Source: Candidatus Omnitrophota bacterium (GTDB lineage: Bacteria; Omnitrophota; Gorgyraeia; Zapsychrales; Zapsychraceae). From it: 64,000 nucleotides of DNA. The notes below the pieces were generated by a model. It searched no databases. It was not told where the DNA came from and was given only the letters and a program-made list of their open reading frames with translations. The DNA lies in contig JAJDCA010000071.1 in assembly GCA_029261055.1 (NCBI GenBank), positions 89,778 through 153,777 on the forward strand. Reading direction: 5' to 3'. Numbering within the stretch: the stretch's first letter is position 1; each line of letters starts with the position of its first letter. The position numbers were made by a program, and so were the translations under genes. This document shows, piece after piece, positions 39,324-49,650 of this stretch.

Positions 39324-40015
39324 AACGATTAATTTTACTATTTTTTATGTTATGTATTGGAGGACATTGTTTTGCTCAGGATGTTTTTTCTGATGGGGAG
39401 GCGATCAAATATGATATTAAAAAATTTGGCCTTACGGTAGGCCAGGCTGAATTAGTGTTTGGCGGCGCTACGCAGATTAATAATCGGGATGCTTTGCTGG
39501 TTACATTTAGAGCGAAGGGGCCTAAATTTTTTGATGAAGAAAAAATTTATTTGGATCCTGAGACATTTTACCCTATGATGGTTGTTCGTGATTTGGATAT
39601 TTTTGGAAAAAAAGAAAAAATTGTAGAAGAATATGCGGCGGACAAGAGTTTGGTCAAAATTACTAAGACCGTTGGCAATAAAATCAGCCACGACATGATT
39701 ACCAAAAAAGGAAATCGTCTGGACAATATTTATGGTTTTATTTATCGGTATCGTAAGCACGGCCGGTTTCAAGTAGGCGATACGTTAGACCTTTCTTTGC
39801 CGACAAAGGATGTGCGTATCACATTAGCTTCCCTAAAAAAGATTAAGGTTGCGAATAAAATATTTGAAACTCATTTTATGAAAAGCACACCGAAGAAATA
39901 TAAGATATGGTTTGATAGTAGCGATAAGAAAATTCCTCTCAAAATTGATGGTGCTGTTGGGATGGCTAATGCGTCTATGGTGATGAAAGAATATTATGAA
40001 AAATATACCCGATAA
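39320..40015 (+). CDS. Secreted DUF3108-like protein
   Basis: Signal peptide [20 protein letters not shown]. Length and sequence pattern are consistent with DUF3108. Unknown function. Confidence 0.4.
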   Translation: MKRLILLFFMLCIGGHCFAQDVFSDGEAIKYDIKKFGLTVGQAELVFGGATQINNRDALLVTFRAKGPKFFDEEKIYLDPETFYPMMVVRDLDIFGKKEKIVEEYAADKSLVKITKTVGNKISHDMITKKGNRLDNIYGFIYRYRKHGRFQVGDTLDLSLPTKDVRITLASLKKIKVANKIFETHFMKSTPKKYKIWFDSSDKKIPLKIDGAVGMANASMVMKEYYEKYTR

Positions 40016-41177
40016 AACAGGACATTTTGGTGAATTCGGTGGGCGGTATGTGCCGGAGACTTTGATGTCACTTTTAGAAGACTTGGAAAAAATTTTTAAG
40101 TCTTTGAAATCCGATAAAGCCTTTCAGAAAGAGTTTAATTATTATCTCAAAGAATATGCCGGCCGGCCGACGAATCTTTATTTGGCTGAGCGTTTGAGTG
40201 CGCATTTGAAAACGTTGAAGGTCTATTTGAAACGCGAGGATCTTTTGCATACCGGTGCGCACAAGATTAATAATACTTTGGGACAAGTGCTTGTCGCTAA
40301 ACGGATGGGCAAGACGCGCATTATTGCCGAGACAGGTGCTGGTCAGCACGGGGTTGCAACTGCCACAGCGGCGGCCTTAATGGGATTGGAATGTGTCGTT
40401 TATATGGGGGCGGAAGATGTGGAACGACAGTCTTTGAATGTGTATCGTATGCGTTTATTAGGTACAGAAGTCATTCCGGTGACGAGTGGTTCACAGACTT
40501 TAAAGGATGCGATGAATGAAGCGATACGGGATTGGGTGACGAATGTTCGTAATACGTTTTATATTATCGGATCTGTAGCCGGCCCGCATCCGTATCCTGT
40601 GATGGTGCGTGAGTTTCAAGCGATGATTGGCCAAGAAGCCCGACGTCAATTTCTTGCTAAAGAGAAACATTTGCCGAATTATTTATTAGCTTGTGTTGGT
40701 GGCGGCAGCAATGCGATGGGATTATTTCATGCATTTTTTGAGGATAAAAATGTGAAGATGATTGGAGTGGAAGCCGCTGGGACAGGGTTAAATACGGAAC
40801 ATCACGCGGCACCTTTGTCGAAAGCCCCTATTGGTGTTTTGCACGGCAGTAAAAGTCGGTTAATGCAAACAAAAGATGGCCAGATACAAATTGCTCATTC
40901 TATTGCTGCTGGATTAGATTACCCCGGAGTCGGCCCAGAACATGCGTATTATCAAAAAATTGGACGTGCTGAGTATGTAGCGGTAACAGATAAAGAGGCG
41001 ATTAAAGGATTGAAATTATTGTCTGAAAAAGAAGGCATTATTCCAGCGATGGAGACTTCGCATGCGATTGCTTATTTAGAAAAATTGGCTCGCCGAGTGA
41101 AGCGCAAGAGCAGTGTGATCGTTTGTCTTTCAGGACGAGGGGATAAAGATATGGGGCAGATTAAGGATTTTATTTAA
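39996..41177 (+). CDS. trpB: Tryptophan synthase beta chain
   Basis: [15 protein letters not shown]-binding HTGAHKINN, and GGGSNA motifs. Confidence 0.95.
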   Translation: MKNIPDKTGHFGEFGGRYVPETLMSLLEDLEKIFKSLKSDKAFQKEFNYYLKEYAGRPTNLYLAERLSAHLKTLKVYLKREDLLHTGAHKINNTLGQVLVAKRMGKTRIIAETGAGQHGVATATAAALMGLECVVYMGAEDVERQSLNVYRMRLLGTEVIPVTSGSQTLKDAMNEAIRDWVTNVRNTFYIIGSVAGPHPYPVMVREFQAMIGQEARRQFLAKEKHLPNYLLACVGGGSNAMGLFHAFFEDKNVKMIGVEAAGTGLNTEHHAAPLSKAPIGVLHGSKSRLMQTKDGQIQIAHSIAAGLDYPGVGPEHAYYQKIGRAEYVAVTDKEAIKGLKLLSEKEGIIPAMETSHAIAYLEKLARRVKRKSSVIVCLSGRGDKDMGQIKDFI

Positions 41178-41968
41178 TGAATAGAATTGATGAAAAATTT
41201 CAGGCATTAAAAACACAGAAAAAGAAAGCTTTCATTGCTTTTGTAACGGCTGGGGATCCTAATCTTAAGACAACGGAAGAACTAGTCTTAGCCTTTGAAC
41301 AGAGTGGGGTGGATATTGTTGAATTAGGGGTTCCTTTTTCTGATCCTTTGGCAGACGGTTCGACTATTCAAGCATCTTCGCAAAGAGCGTTGAAAAAAGG
41401 TGTTAATTTAGAAAAAATTTTTCATGTCGTTGGCCGTATCCGCAAGAAATCTCAAATTCCGATCGCTCTTATGACGTATTATAATCCTGTGTTTCATTAT
41501 GGAGAAACTAAATTTATTAAGGCGGCGTACGATAACGGTGTGGATGGCGTTATTGTGCCAGACTTGCCACCGGAAGAAGCGGATAGTTTGATGGCCGCTG
41601 CCCGCAAAAGAGATATTGCCACGACATTTTTTTTATCTCCGACAACGACACCTAAAAGAATGAAACACGTGATCGCCGTCACAACAGGTTTTGTGTATTA
41701 TGTTTCTTTAACTGGTGTGACAGGGGCTCGTAAGCAAGCGCCAATATCCTCAACTCAGCATATTAAATCTGTGGTGCGTGTAAGTTCAAAACCTGTATGC
41801 ATTGGATTTGGGATTTCTAATGCAGCACAAGTAAAATCTATGTCTAAAATTTCCGATGGTGTAATTGTGGGAAGTGCGATTGTTAATGAAATTTTGAAAA
41901 ATAAAGGTAATAAAAATTTAATAAAGAATGTAGCCGCATTTGTAAAAACATTATCGAAAGGTTTGTAA
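41177..41968 (+). CDS. trpA: Tryptophan synthase alpha chain
   Basis: ELGVPFSDPLADG, YYNP and GFGIS motifs. Start overlaps the trpB stop. Confidence 0.9.
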   Translation: MNRIDEKFQALKTQKKKAFIAFVTAGDPNLKTTEELVLAFEQSGVDIVELGVPFSDPLADGSTIQASSQRALKKGVNLEKIFHVVGRIRKKSQIPIALMTYYNPVFHYGETKFIKAAYDNGVDGVIVPDLPPEEADSLMAAARKRDIATTFFLSPTTTPKRMKHVIAVTTGFVYYVSLTGVTGARKQAPISSTQHIKSVVRVSSKPVCIGFGISNAAQVKSMSKISDGVIVGSAIVNEILKNKGNKNLIKNVAAFVKTLSKGL

Positions 41969-41972
41969 ATTT

Positions 41973-43241
41973 ATGTACAAAGAATCTACGCTTCCAAACG
42001 GTCTTCGGATCATTACACATGAAATTCAACAGAGAGACAGTATTTCTCTCGGTTTTTGGGTTGGCGTTGGCGGTCGTTATGAAGAAGACCGCATTAAAGG
42101 TGCTGCGCATTTTCTGGAGCATATTGTATTTAAAGGAAGTAAGAAGTATTCCTGCGAGCAGATCAAAGAGAAAATCGAAGGCGTCGGCGGGGCATTAAAT
42201 GCATTCACTTCTGAGGAACAGACGTGCTTTTACGCTAAAATTCCAGCGAAACATTTGACACAAACTTTTGATGTCTTGGCAGATATGATTTTGTATCCGA
42301 AAATTACCCCTAGTGATACAACCAAAGAAAAAACCGTGATTATAGAAGAGATCAAAATGTATCATGATCTTCCGCAGTATTATGTTTTAGAGCTGCTGGA
42401 CGAATTAATGTGGCCGGGGCATCCTTTGGGGAGAGGTTTGGCTGGGACACATCAGAGTGTAGGCAATATGACCGTAAAGGATTTAAAAAAATTTCATCGG
42501 GACAATTATGTCCCGGGTAATATTGTAGTGGCCGCCTCCGGCAGGCTCAGTCATCAAGCTGTTTTGAATTTGACCAAGAAGAAATTTAAGGGCTTTGAAG
42601 GAGATCATAGAGGTTCGTTTATTCCAGCAGAGCATTTGCAGGCAAAACCGCGCATGCGGTTCTTTAAAAAAGATATCGAACAAATGCACGTGGCCTTAGG
42701 TATGCCGGGTTTAGATGAAAAGCATAAAGATAAATATGCTTTAAGTCTTTTAACGACAATTTTAGGTGGAAATATGTCCAGTCGGCTTTTTGTGGAGGTA
42801 AGAGAGAAAAAAGGATTGGCGTATTCAATTGGCTGCAGTGCAAAATCATTGCACGATACAGGCGCTGTTTTGATTAGGGCAGGTGTTGATAATAAAAAAA
42901 TTATTCAGGCGATGCAGTTAATTCTGAAAGAGTTGGCAAAAATTAAGAAAAATGGTGTCGGTCAGAGAGAGTTTGAACGGGCCAGAGACTATCTTTTAGG
43001 TCAACTTTTGTTAGGATTGGAAGATACAATGGAGCATATGCTCTGGATCGGCGATTCACTTATTTCCCGGGATAAAGTCAAGACATTGAAGCATGTTGTG
43101 AAAGAGTTTAAGAAAATTAAAAAAGAAGATATGAAGCGTGTGGCTAAGGATATTCTGGACCCCAAGCAGTTTAATCTCGCCTTGGTAGGCCCTATCACAA
43201 ATCAGCAGGAAAAGGAGTTGCAAAGCTTATTTGACAATTAA
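41973..43241 (+). CDS. M16-family (pitrilysin-like) zinc peptidase
   Basis: Inverted zinc motif HFLEHIVFKGS (HxxEH) with a downstream E; about 420 aa. Confidence 0.8.
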   Translation: MYKESTLPNGLRIITHEIQQRDSISLGFWVGVGGRYEEDRIKGAAHFLEHIVFKGSKKYSCEQIKEKIEGVGGALNAFTSEEQTCFYAKIPAKHLTQTFDVLADMILYPKITPSDTTKEKTVIIEEIKMYHDLPQYYVLELLDELMWPGHPLGRGLAGTHQSVGNMTVKDLKKFHRDNYVPGNIVVAASGRLSHQAVLNLTKKKFKGFEGDHRGSFIPAEHLQAKPRMRFFKKDIEQMHVALGMPGLDEKHKDKYALSLLTTILGGNMSSRLFVEVREKKGLAYSIGCSAKSLHDTGAVLIRAGVDNKKIIQAMQLILKELAKIKKNGVGQREFERARDYLLGQLLLGLEDTMEHMLWIGDSLISRDKVKTLKHVVKEFKKIKKEDMKRVAKDILDPKQFNLALVGPITNQQEKELQSLFDN

Positions 43242-43303
43242 AAAAATACAAAGTACACTTTAGTAAGGGCAGTAAATGAAGCTTAACGAACCGGGGACTG
43301 TTT

Positions 43304-44938
43304 ATGAATGATAAATCAATCAAAATTGGACAAGAGTTGCTGGAGAGAAGGCTCATATCTCAAGAACAGCTACTTGAGGCGCTCAGTATTCAGAAAGAAG
43401 ATAAGAGAATGCTGGGTCAAATTTTACTTGCGCAAGGGTTTCTTTCCGATGAAGCATTAACAGAAGCTTTGGCTGATATTTATCAAATACCTTTTATCAA
43501 TTTAAACCAAGCTAAGATTGATCAATCCGTCATCGATTTAATTCCTATTGACATTTTAAGACGCCACAATGTTTTACCAGTTCGGTTAGAAAATCAAAAC
43601 CTTTTTATTGCCATCCATGATCCTCTTGACCTTTCCGCTATTCAAGAAATTCAATATATCACAGGACATCAGCCCCAGCTTTATCTTGCAACATTAAAAG
43701 ATATTTGCACGCATTTGGATAAGTTTGTCGATACTGTGCATACCCTCCACGGGAGCAGGGAGCAAGCTCACACGGACGATGATGATGTTCCGGTTATTAA
43801 TTTGGTGGATTCTATTATCAGTTCGGCGATCACAGAGCGAGCTTCCGATATTCACCTGGAACCTCAAAAGGATAATATGCGTGTCAGGTTTCGGATAGAC
43901 GGGACGCTTTATGAAAAGAATTTAGTTACAAAGACTTTACAAAGGCAAGTTATCTCGCGTCTTAAAATTATTTCAGGTATGGATGTGACGGATACCAGGC
44001 GACCTCAGGATGGGCGTTTTACACCAGAAAAATATCCTCAGTATAATTGTAGGGTGTCTACTCTTCCGGATATACTTGGTGAAAATATGGTTATTCGTCT
44101 TTTAAACCGTAATACCACGGCTTTGTCCTTTGAAGAATTAGGGATGAGCCCTGAGGAAACGCATAAGATAAAAACTTTATCTGCATCTCCTCACGGCATT
44201 ATTCTTCTCACAGGGCCAACCGGAGCCGGTAAGACCACGACACTCTATTCTATCCTTAATTTTCTTAATCAAATCGAAAAATGCATTATCACGGTTGAAG
44301 ATCCTGTCGAATACCAGTTACCCGGAATTAATCAAACAAATATTAATAATCTTGCCGGATATAGCTTTGCTTCAGCCATTAGAAATATTTTACGCCATGA
44401 TCCGGATATTATTATGATAGGTGAAATTCGTGACACAGAAACAGCTGAAATTGCGATACGCGCAGCACTGACAGGCCATCTTGTTTTGTCAACATTGCAT
44501 ACGAATTCGGCGGCTGGTGCCATTATGCGTTTGTTGGACATGAATATTGCTCCTTTTCTTTTAAGAGCCTCTTTGATCGGCGTCATTGCACAGAGGTTAG
44601 TGAGAAGGCTTTGTCCTCATTGTCATACAGAATATGAAGCGAGTGATGACATTTGCCATTCTATTGAGGGTTCAATTTCTCCTGGGGCCACGCTTGCCTC
44701 TGCAGGGCAGTGCGAAAAATGCTTTCAGACCGGATTCCACGGGCGCGTGGGGCTTTATGAAATTCTTCAGATTAATGACCCTATTCGGGAACTTATTTTG
44801 GAGTCGCCCAACAAAGAGGCCATTACAAAATTGGCTGTTTCTCAAGGAATGAAAACATTAAGGACAGCTGGATATAATAAAGCTTTAGCCAAATTGACCA
44901 CGCTGGAAGAAGTGCTGAGCATCACGGGTACAGAATAA
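43304..44938 (+). CDS. Type II secretion / type IV pilus assembly ATPase (GspE/PilB family)
   Basis: N-terminal GSPII_E_N-like domain, Walker A GPTGAGKTTT, Asp box, Walker B, His box, and the tetracysteine CPHC...C..C motif. Confidence 0.9.
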   Translation: MNDKSIKIGQELLERRLISQEQLLEALSIQKEDKRMLGQILLAQGFLSDEALTEALADIYQIPFINLNQAKIDQSVIDLIPIDILRRHNVLPVRLENQNLFIAIHDPLDLSAIQEIQYITGHQPQLYLATLKDICTHLDKFVDTVHTLHGSREQAHTDDDDVPVINLVDSIISSAITERASDIHLEPQKDNMRVRFRIDGTLYEKNLVTKTLQRQVISRLKIISGMDVTDTRRPQDGRFTPEKYPQYNCRVSTLPDILGENMVIRLLNRNTTALSFEELGMSPEETHKIKTLSASPHGIILLTGPTGAGKTTTLYSILNFLNQIEKCIITVEDPVEYQLPGINQTNINNLAGYSFASAIRNILRHDPDIIMIGEIRDTETAEIAIRAALTGHLVLSTLHTNSAAGAIMRLLDMNIAPFLLRASLIGVIAQRLVRRLCPHCHTEYEASDDICHSIEGSISPGATLASAGQCEKCFQTGFHGRVGLYEILQINDPIRELILESPNKEAITKLAVSQGMKTLRTAGYNKALAKLTTLEEVLSITGTE

Positions 44939-44957
44939 ATTATGAGGAAAGGGGCTT

Positions 44958-46157
44958 ATGATTAGTTATATTTACCAATTAAAAGACAATTTAGGGCGTA
45001 ATATATACGGCCTGACGGAAGCTAATGATAAAAAAGAAGTTAAGGTGAAGCTTCGGGAATCGGGTTTTTATTTTGTTTCCGCCAAACCTTACAATAAGAA
45101 AAAATTAGACAATATTAGATTTAAACCCAAAGAGTTAATTTTGTTTACGCAGAGGCTGTCTTCTCTAATAGCGGCCGGAATTCCTATGTTATCCGTGATG
45201 ACCATTCTTTGGCGGCAATCGGAAGATAAAAATATACAGTTAGTTATTAGTTGTATTAAAAATAAGTTAGCGGAAGGGAATAAAATATCGGACAGTATTA
45301 AGCTTTTTCCAAAGATTTTTCCACCTATTTATCATTCCCTTATTAGTGTAGGGGAGACAAGCGGGACGCTTGTGCTCGTTTTGGACAAATTGTTAAGCTA
45401 TTTGGAGTTTAAATTTAATCTTAAAACAAAGATAAAAAAAGCCACGCTTTACCCCTTGGCGGTTATTGTTTTTTCTTTTGTTGTTCTTTATGCTATGTAT
45501 GCTTATGTTGTTCCAACATTTCAAAGAGTGCTATTTAAAATGAAGGTAGAGTTACCTATGTTGACACGGATTATTTTAAAAATGTCAGAATTTGCACGTT
45601 CGCCGGTGTTCGTTTTGATTAGTTTGGTTACTCTAATAAGTATGGTTTTTATTTTTCGATATTTACGGAAAAATAAAAATACGGCATATTATCTCGATGC
45701 TTTTATTATTAAATTACCTGCTGTCGGGCCTCTTTTTATGGCCTTTTCGTTGAGTCAATTTATTCGTTCTTTAAGTATTTTGTTGGGAACTGGAGTTGGC
45801 GCCTTATTAAGTTTAGATAAGGCCAATTCAACGATTAACAATCATAAGCTTAGAAAAGAAATAGGCGCCATTAAAAAAGATGTTGAAGTAGGCGTCCCGA
45901 TGTACGAAGCCTTTAAAAAAGTGCGAGAATTTCCGGTTATGCTGGTTGAAATGATCGGTGTCGGTGAATCTTCCGGGACAATGGTGGCTCTTTTGGAAAA
46001 GACAGCGGATACCTTCGATAATGAAATAGATTATCAGCTTAACAAAATTTTGACCTTACTAGAACCTGCCCTGATCATTTTTGTAGGATTTGTGGTATTT
46101 ATTACGCTTTTGGCGATATATTTACCGATGATTTCTCTCTGGCAAAATATTAGATAA
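44958..46157 (+). CDS. Type II secretion / type IV pilus platform protein (GspF/PilC family)
   Basis: Two repeated T2SSF domains and three TM segments; about 400 aa; immediately downstream of the ATPase. Confidence 0.85.
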   Translation: MISYIYQLKDNLGRNIYGLTEANDKKEVKVKLRESGFYFVSAKPYNKKKLDNIRFKPKELILFTQRLSSLIAAGIPMLSVMTILWRQSEDKNIQLVISCIKNKLAEGNKISDSIKLFPKIFPPIYHSLISVGETSGTLVLVLDKLLSYLEFKFNLKTKIKKATLYPLAVIVFSFVVLYAMYAYVVPTFQRVLFKMKVELPMLTRIILKMSEFARSPVFVLISLVTLISMVFIFRYLRKNKNTAYYLDAFIIKLPAVGPLFMAFSLSQFIRSLSILLGTGVGALLSLDKANSTINNHKLRKEIGAIKKDVEVGVPMYEAFKKVREFPVMLVEMIGVGESSGTMVALLEKTADTFDNEIDYQLNKILTLLEPALIIFVGFVVFITLLAIYLPMISLWQNIR

Positions 46158-46324
46158 CCTCTTAGCAATACGGTAAAATTGTATAATGAAGGTCAAAAAT
46201 GGTTTTTTTAATTTTTTTTAAATTTATTTTTTTGCTTAATTATTCATAACTATTTGAAACTAATATAGTTGAAACAAATTTAAAAGTCTAAAAGAATGCG
46301 TTTTCTTGGATAGTTCTCAGGCAC

Positions 46325-46352
46325 TTGACAATGGAAACTTAAATGTTATACT
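46325..46352 (+). promoter_or_regulatory. Sigma70 promoter with extended -10 driving the riboswitch-pilin transcript
   Basis: TTGACA (46325-46330), 16-nt spacer, TG-n-TATACT (46344-46352). Confidence 0.6.
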
Positions 46353-46371
46353 TCAATCGACTGATAAAGAA

Positions 46372-46456
46372 ATTTGATAAAGGTAAACCATTTGAGAGAA
46401 TGGGACACAAAGCCAAGGACCCTGAGCGCTAGATTCAGGGCAGCCGGTTGCCAAAG
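46372..46456 (+). ncRNA. c-di-GMP-I (GEMM) riboswitch aptamer
   Basis: GGTAAACCATTTGAGAGAATGGGACACAAAGCC... aligns almost base-for-base with the Vc2 GEMM core GGCAAACCATTCGAAAGAGTGGGACGCAAAGCC. P2 hairpin CCATT-GAGA-AATGG has a GNRA loop. P3 hairpin is CCCTGA...TCAGGG. Confidence 0.75.
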
Positions 46457-46466
46457 TTTTTAAAAA

Positions 46467-46505
46467 GGCCTATTCTCAAAAATGGAGAATAGGTCTTTTT
46501 TTTGT
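46467..46505 (+). terminator. Intrinsic terminator / riboswitch expression platform
   Basis: GGCCTATTCTC / GAGAATAGGTC hairpin followed by nine T. The 5' arm can alternatively pair with aptamer segment TTGAGAGAATGG. Confidence 0.7.
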
Positions 46506-46547
46506 GGGTAAATTATTTTTAACCAACCAATAATAAGGGGAGATAAA

Positions 46548-46967
46548 ATGAACACACAACACAAAAAACGTAAATTCGTTACAAAAATGCAACAAGGGTT
46601 CAGTTTGATAGAACTTTTGGTCGTTTTGGTCATTATTGGGGCTATTTTGGCTTTAATTTTACCGAATACCTTTAGAGCTATCCGAGAAGCAAATGAAAAA
46701 ACATGTCAATCGCATCATCGTTCAGTAATATCGGCCGTAGCGTTGTGTTATTCAGATACGAGGGATTATGGAGAGTGTAGTACCGTGGCAGCTCTTTTGA
46801 CCGGAAACTATTTAGATGCTGATCCCATATGCCCGATTGTTGATAGCCAAATAACTGGTGTTAACAGTAGTGATGCAGGGATTTCACCAACTGTCTCTAC
46901 TGATCATTGGCCTAATTGGCCAGTATTAGCAAATGACGATCACATTGATGGTGGTGGCGATGAGTAA
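46548..46967 (+). CDS. Type IV pilin/pseudopilin with prepilin-type N-terminal methylation domain
   Basis: Leader ...KMQQG|FSLIELLVVLVIIGAILALI (class III signal peptide, G/F cleavage site, Glu+5). Cys-rich C-terminal domain. Confidence 0.8.
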   Translation: MNTQHKKRKFVTKMQQGFSLIELLVVLVIIGAILALILPNTFRAIREANEKTCQSHHRSVISAVALCYSDTRDYGECSTVAALLTGNYLDADPICPIVDSQITGVNSSDAGISPTVSTDHWPNWPVLANDDHIDGGGDE

Positions 46968-47073
46968 TTGATTTAATAATTTGAAGTTTGGCTGACCGTT
47001 CTTTCCTTATAGTAGATATACAACCGGAAAGAACGGTCAGAGTAAACAAATTTATATTAAGCATGTACAGCCT

Positions 47074-48600
47074 TTGGGCTGGATAAGGCAAAAGAAAATG
47101 AATAAAGGATACTTAACAATCGGATTAACATCAACCCAAATACGCTATGCTTATGTGGCAAAGGAAAAGGGAAAGCATCAGCTTCAGAAGGCAGGCAGCG
47201 TTGATTTTAAGCTGGATGTGCTGGCTGAAGGGGCTTTGAGTCAGGCTATATTAGAGGTAATCGCCAATGAAGGGATTCATCCACAGAAGCTTTTCTTTAC
47301 GATTGCGCACAAAGATACCCTAATCCGGGAGGCTATTTTACCGGAAGTCAAAAATAAGGAATTAAATGAAATTATTCCTTCAGAAATAGAAAAAAACCCT
47401 CACTTTGCCAATCAGGATTTTGAGTTCATTTTTCATAAATATAAAAGTCAGAAAGACAAACAACGTATTATTTTTGCGGCTCTTGCTGAAAGAATTTTAC
47501 AGTACCTTATAAAAGAAATTGAAAATATTAAAATAGATTGCCAGCATTTAGAAATTGCGCCTTTAAATTTAAAAGATTTGATTTCAACCAAGGATTCTGA
47601 AAATGAAACACAAATTTTGCTTGTCATTCATGATCAGGTAAGTCACGTCATCATTTTTCATCAGGAGCAGTATAGGTTATATTATCAAATGGTGACGGGC
47701 ATAAAAAATCTTTTCCCTCAAGAGAAACAAGGTTTAAATGAACAGGCTTTACTTGGGTTATCAGGGGAATTGCGCCGTGTGATTAAATCGTATCTTGCAG
47801 AATATAAGGAAGAGAGTATTTCTCGTGTTTGGCTGGTTTGGGATAATGCACAAGGCCAGGGATTGCAGCAAGGGCTTCAGGAAAAATTAGAATTAGATGT
47901 GAAAAATTTATCCGTAGATCAATTGGATGGCCAGCCCATTCAATATGACGAACAGGATTTGGAAATGGATAATTCTATTTTTACATTGCAATTAACGCCG
48001 TTAGTTTATCATCTTAAAAAACAATGCGAACAATTCTCGTTTATCCATTTCTTGTCCAAAACATTTAGCAGGAAGCATTGCAAAGAAGTGGTGGCTATGT
48101 CTGCGGTATGTTTAATTATTATATCTTCCGTTTTCATTTTATTGGGAGCCAAGTTTCATCAGGTAAAAACCCGTGTGCTTGCGCAAACGACTGAGGTTTT
48201 AAGTGAAATTCAACGTGTCGAGGGTGAGTCCCAACAATTATTTGATCAAAGGCAATCTTATGTGCGGTCACGTAACCGTTTGTTAAAACAGGCGGCTTAT
48301 GTCAAAGAAATTAATAGTGTCAGTTGGTCTGAGGTGTTGGCCGTGGTTGCCCAGGAAATTCCGGATAACCTAGCCTTAACATCATTTGACCTGAATCAGT
48401 CCGGGAGCACAAAATTTAAAGGAGAAGCCCTCGCCATAGAGTCGGTTTCGGAAATGATCCGTCAGGTCGATGATTCGGCCATACTCCATAATGGGCAATT
48501 TGATTTTCTTAGGGAAGATCAGATAAAGGGTAATAAAATATTTCAATTTGGTATTTCTGCGAACCTATCCAAGCAGGAAGGAGCAACAGATGACAAATAA
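47074..48600 (+). CDS. PilM-like actin-fold ATPase fused to a PilN-like TM/coiled-coil region
   Basis: N-terminal ~330 aa with the PilM-like pattern (IGLTSTQIRYAYV...). A TM helix VVAMSAVCLIIISSVFILLGA, then a coiled-coil periplasmic part. TTG start; an ATG alternative at 47098. Confidence 0.55.
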   Translation: MGWIRQKKMNKGYLTIGLTSTQIRYAYVAKEKGKHQLQKAGSVDFKLDVLAEGALSQAILEVIANEGIHPQKLFFTIAHKDTLIREAILPEVKNKELNEIIPSEIEKNPHFANQDFEFIFHKYKSQKDKQRIIFAALAERILQYLIKEIENIKIDCQHLEIAPLNLKDLISTKDSENETQILLVIHDQVSHVIIFHQEQYRLYYQMVTGIKNLFPQEKQGLNEQALLGLSGELRRVIKSYLAEYKEESISRVWLVWDNAQGQGLQQGLQEKLELDVKNLSVDQLDGQPIQYDEQDLEMDNSIFTLQLTPLVYHLKKQCEQFSFIHFLSKTFSRKHCKEVVAMSAVCLIIISSVFILLGAKFHQVKTRVLAQTTEVLSEIQRVEGESQQLFDQRQSYVRSRNRLLKQAAYVKEINSVSWSEVLAVVAQEIPDNLALTSFDLNQSGSTKFKGEALAIESVSEMIRQVDDSAILHNGQFDFLREDQIKGNKIFQFGISANLSKQEGATDDK

Positions 48601-49177
48601 AGGGATCAATGAAACAGCTTATATATCCTGCGGGGTCATAGTCATATTACTCATGCTGATACCTTTTGCCAATTTATATGGGTTGATGAAAGTGGAAAAG
48701 ACGTTAAAAAATGAAGAGGCGCGTCTGGAAGTGCTTCAGAAAAATGTGCGTATGTTGACCACTTCGAAAAAAAGGCTCATAAAAGAAAAAGAAGAATTTT
48801 CCGAGTTGTTGTTTCAAGACCGCGATATTCCGGATTTTCTGGATGATATTTCTCAAATGTCCCGTAATCTTAATTTGAATATTCTCGACATGAAAACAAA
48901 AGATTTTTATATCATCACGCCTGAAGAGGAAGATGATGGATCACAGAACAAAACGGAAGAGACGGTTCAAGAGGTTTTATCAGCCTTACCTATTGATATT
49001 AAGGTAACAGGACCTTTTACATCAATCGTTCAATTGTTTGATGAAATCGAAAATTATCGGCAAATAACGAATATTAAAAATATCAGGATCAGGAATATCA
49101 AGAAATATCCGACCCTGGAATGTTTTTTTACAATCGTTATTTATAGTCTAAAACAACAACAAATGGTGCAAAAATGA
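48590..49177 (+). CDS. PilO-like pilus assembly protein
   Basis: RBS GGAAGGAG. One TM helix followed by a coiled-coil and an alpha/beta region, PilO-like architecture at the expected position. Confidence 0.45.
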   Translation: MTNKGINETAYISCGVIVILLMLIPFANLYGLMKVEKTLKNEEARLEVLQKNVRMLTTSKKRLIKEKEEFSELLFQDRDIPDFLDDISQMSRNLNLNILDMKTKDFYIITPEEEDDGSQNKTEETVQEVLSALPIDIKVTGPFTSIVQLFDEIENYRQITNIKNIRIRNIKKYPTLECFFTIVIYSLKQQQMVQK

Positions 49178-49650
49178 AAAAAATTATCTTATTTTTTATA
49201 ATTTTACAGTTTGCTTTAACCGGTTGTGAATTTTTTCCAAGCAAGGACACAGATAAAAAAGTTCCTGAAAATCAAGCGTTGATTATGAGCGATGACCTGG
49301 ACATTTCACAGGAAGAAAAAGATCAATTGGTCAGTCTTTTTAAAAAGGCAAGGCCGCAACAGCGTATTATTGAAAAAGATCCTTTTAAGCCGATTATTAC
49401 AAAGCATAAATTAGAGCAAAAAGACAACGTTTTGTCAGGAGATTCCAAAAAAGACTTCCTTATAAATATCGAATATCTTGGTGTGGTTCAGATAGGCGAT
49501 AGTTATTCGGCATTGATTTTAGTAGGACAGAAAAAAGGAGTTTATAGTCTCAAAGATAAGATAAAACAATTAACCATTACGGATATTAAGAATGACCACA
49601 TCATGCTGGTTGATGGGTCGGAACAATATCAAATACAAAGGAAAAGATAA
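49174..49650 (+). CDS. PilP-like lipoprotein
   Basis: Lipobox LTGC; about 160 aa; positioned between the PilO-like and secretin genes. Confidence 0.35.
   Translation: MKKIILFFIILQFALTGCEFFPSKDTDKKVPENQALIMSDDLDISQEEKDQLVSLFKKARPQQRIIEKDPFKPIITKHKLEQKDNVLSGDSKKDFLINIEYLGVVQIGDSYSALILVGQKKGVYSLKDKIKQLTITDIKNDHIMLVDGSEQYQIQRKR

Noticed and set aside
46158-46320. Additional promoter or small RNA immediately after the platform-protein gene
   Set aside because: TTAGCA...TATAAT has only 14-nt spacing, and the region is uniformly A/T-rich without hairpins. The real promoter/riboswitch unit starts at 46325.
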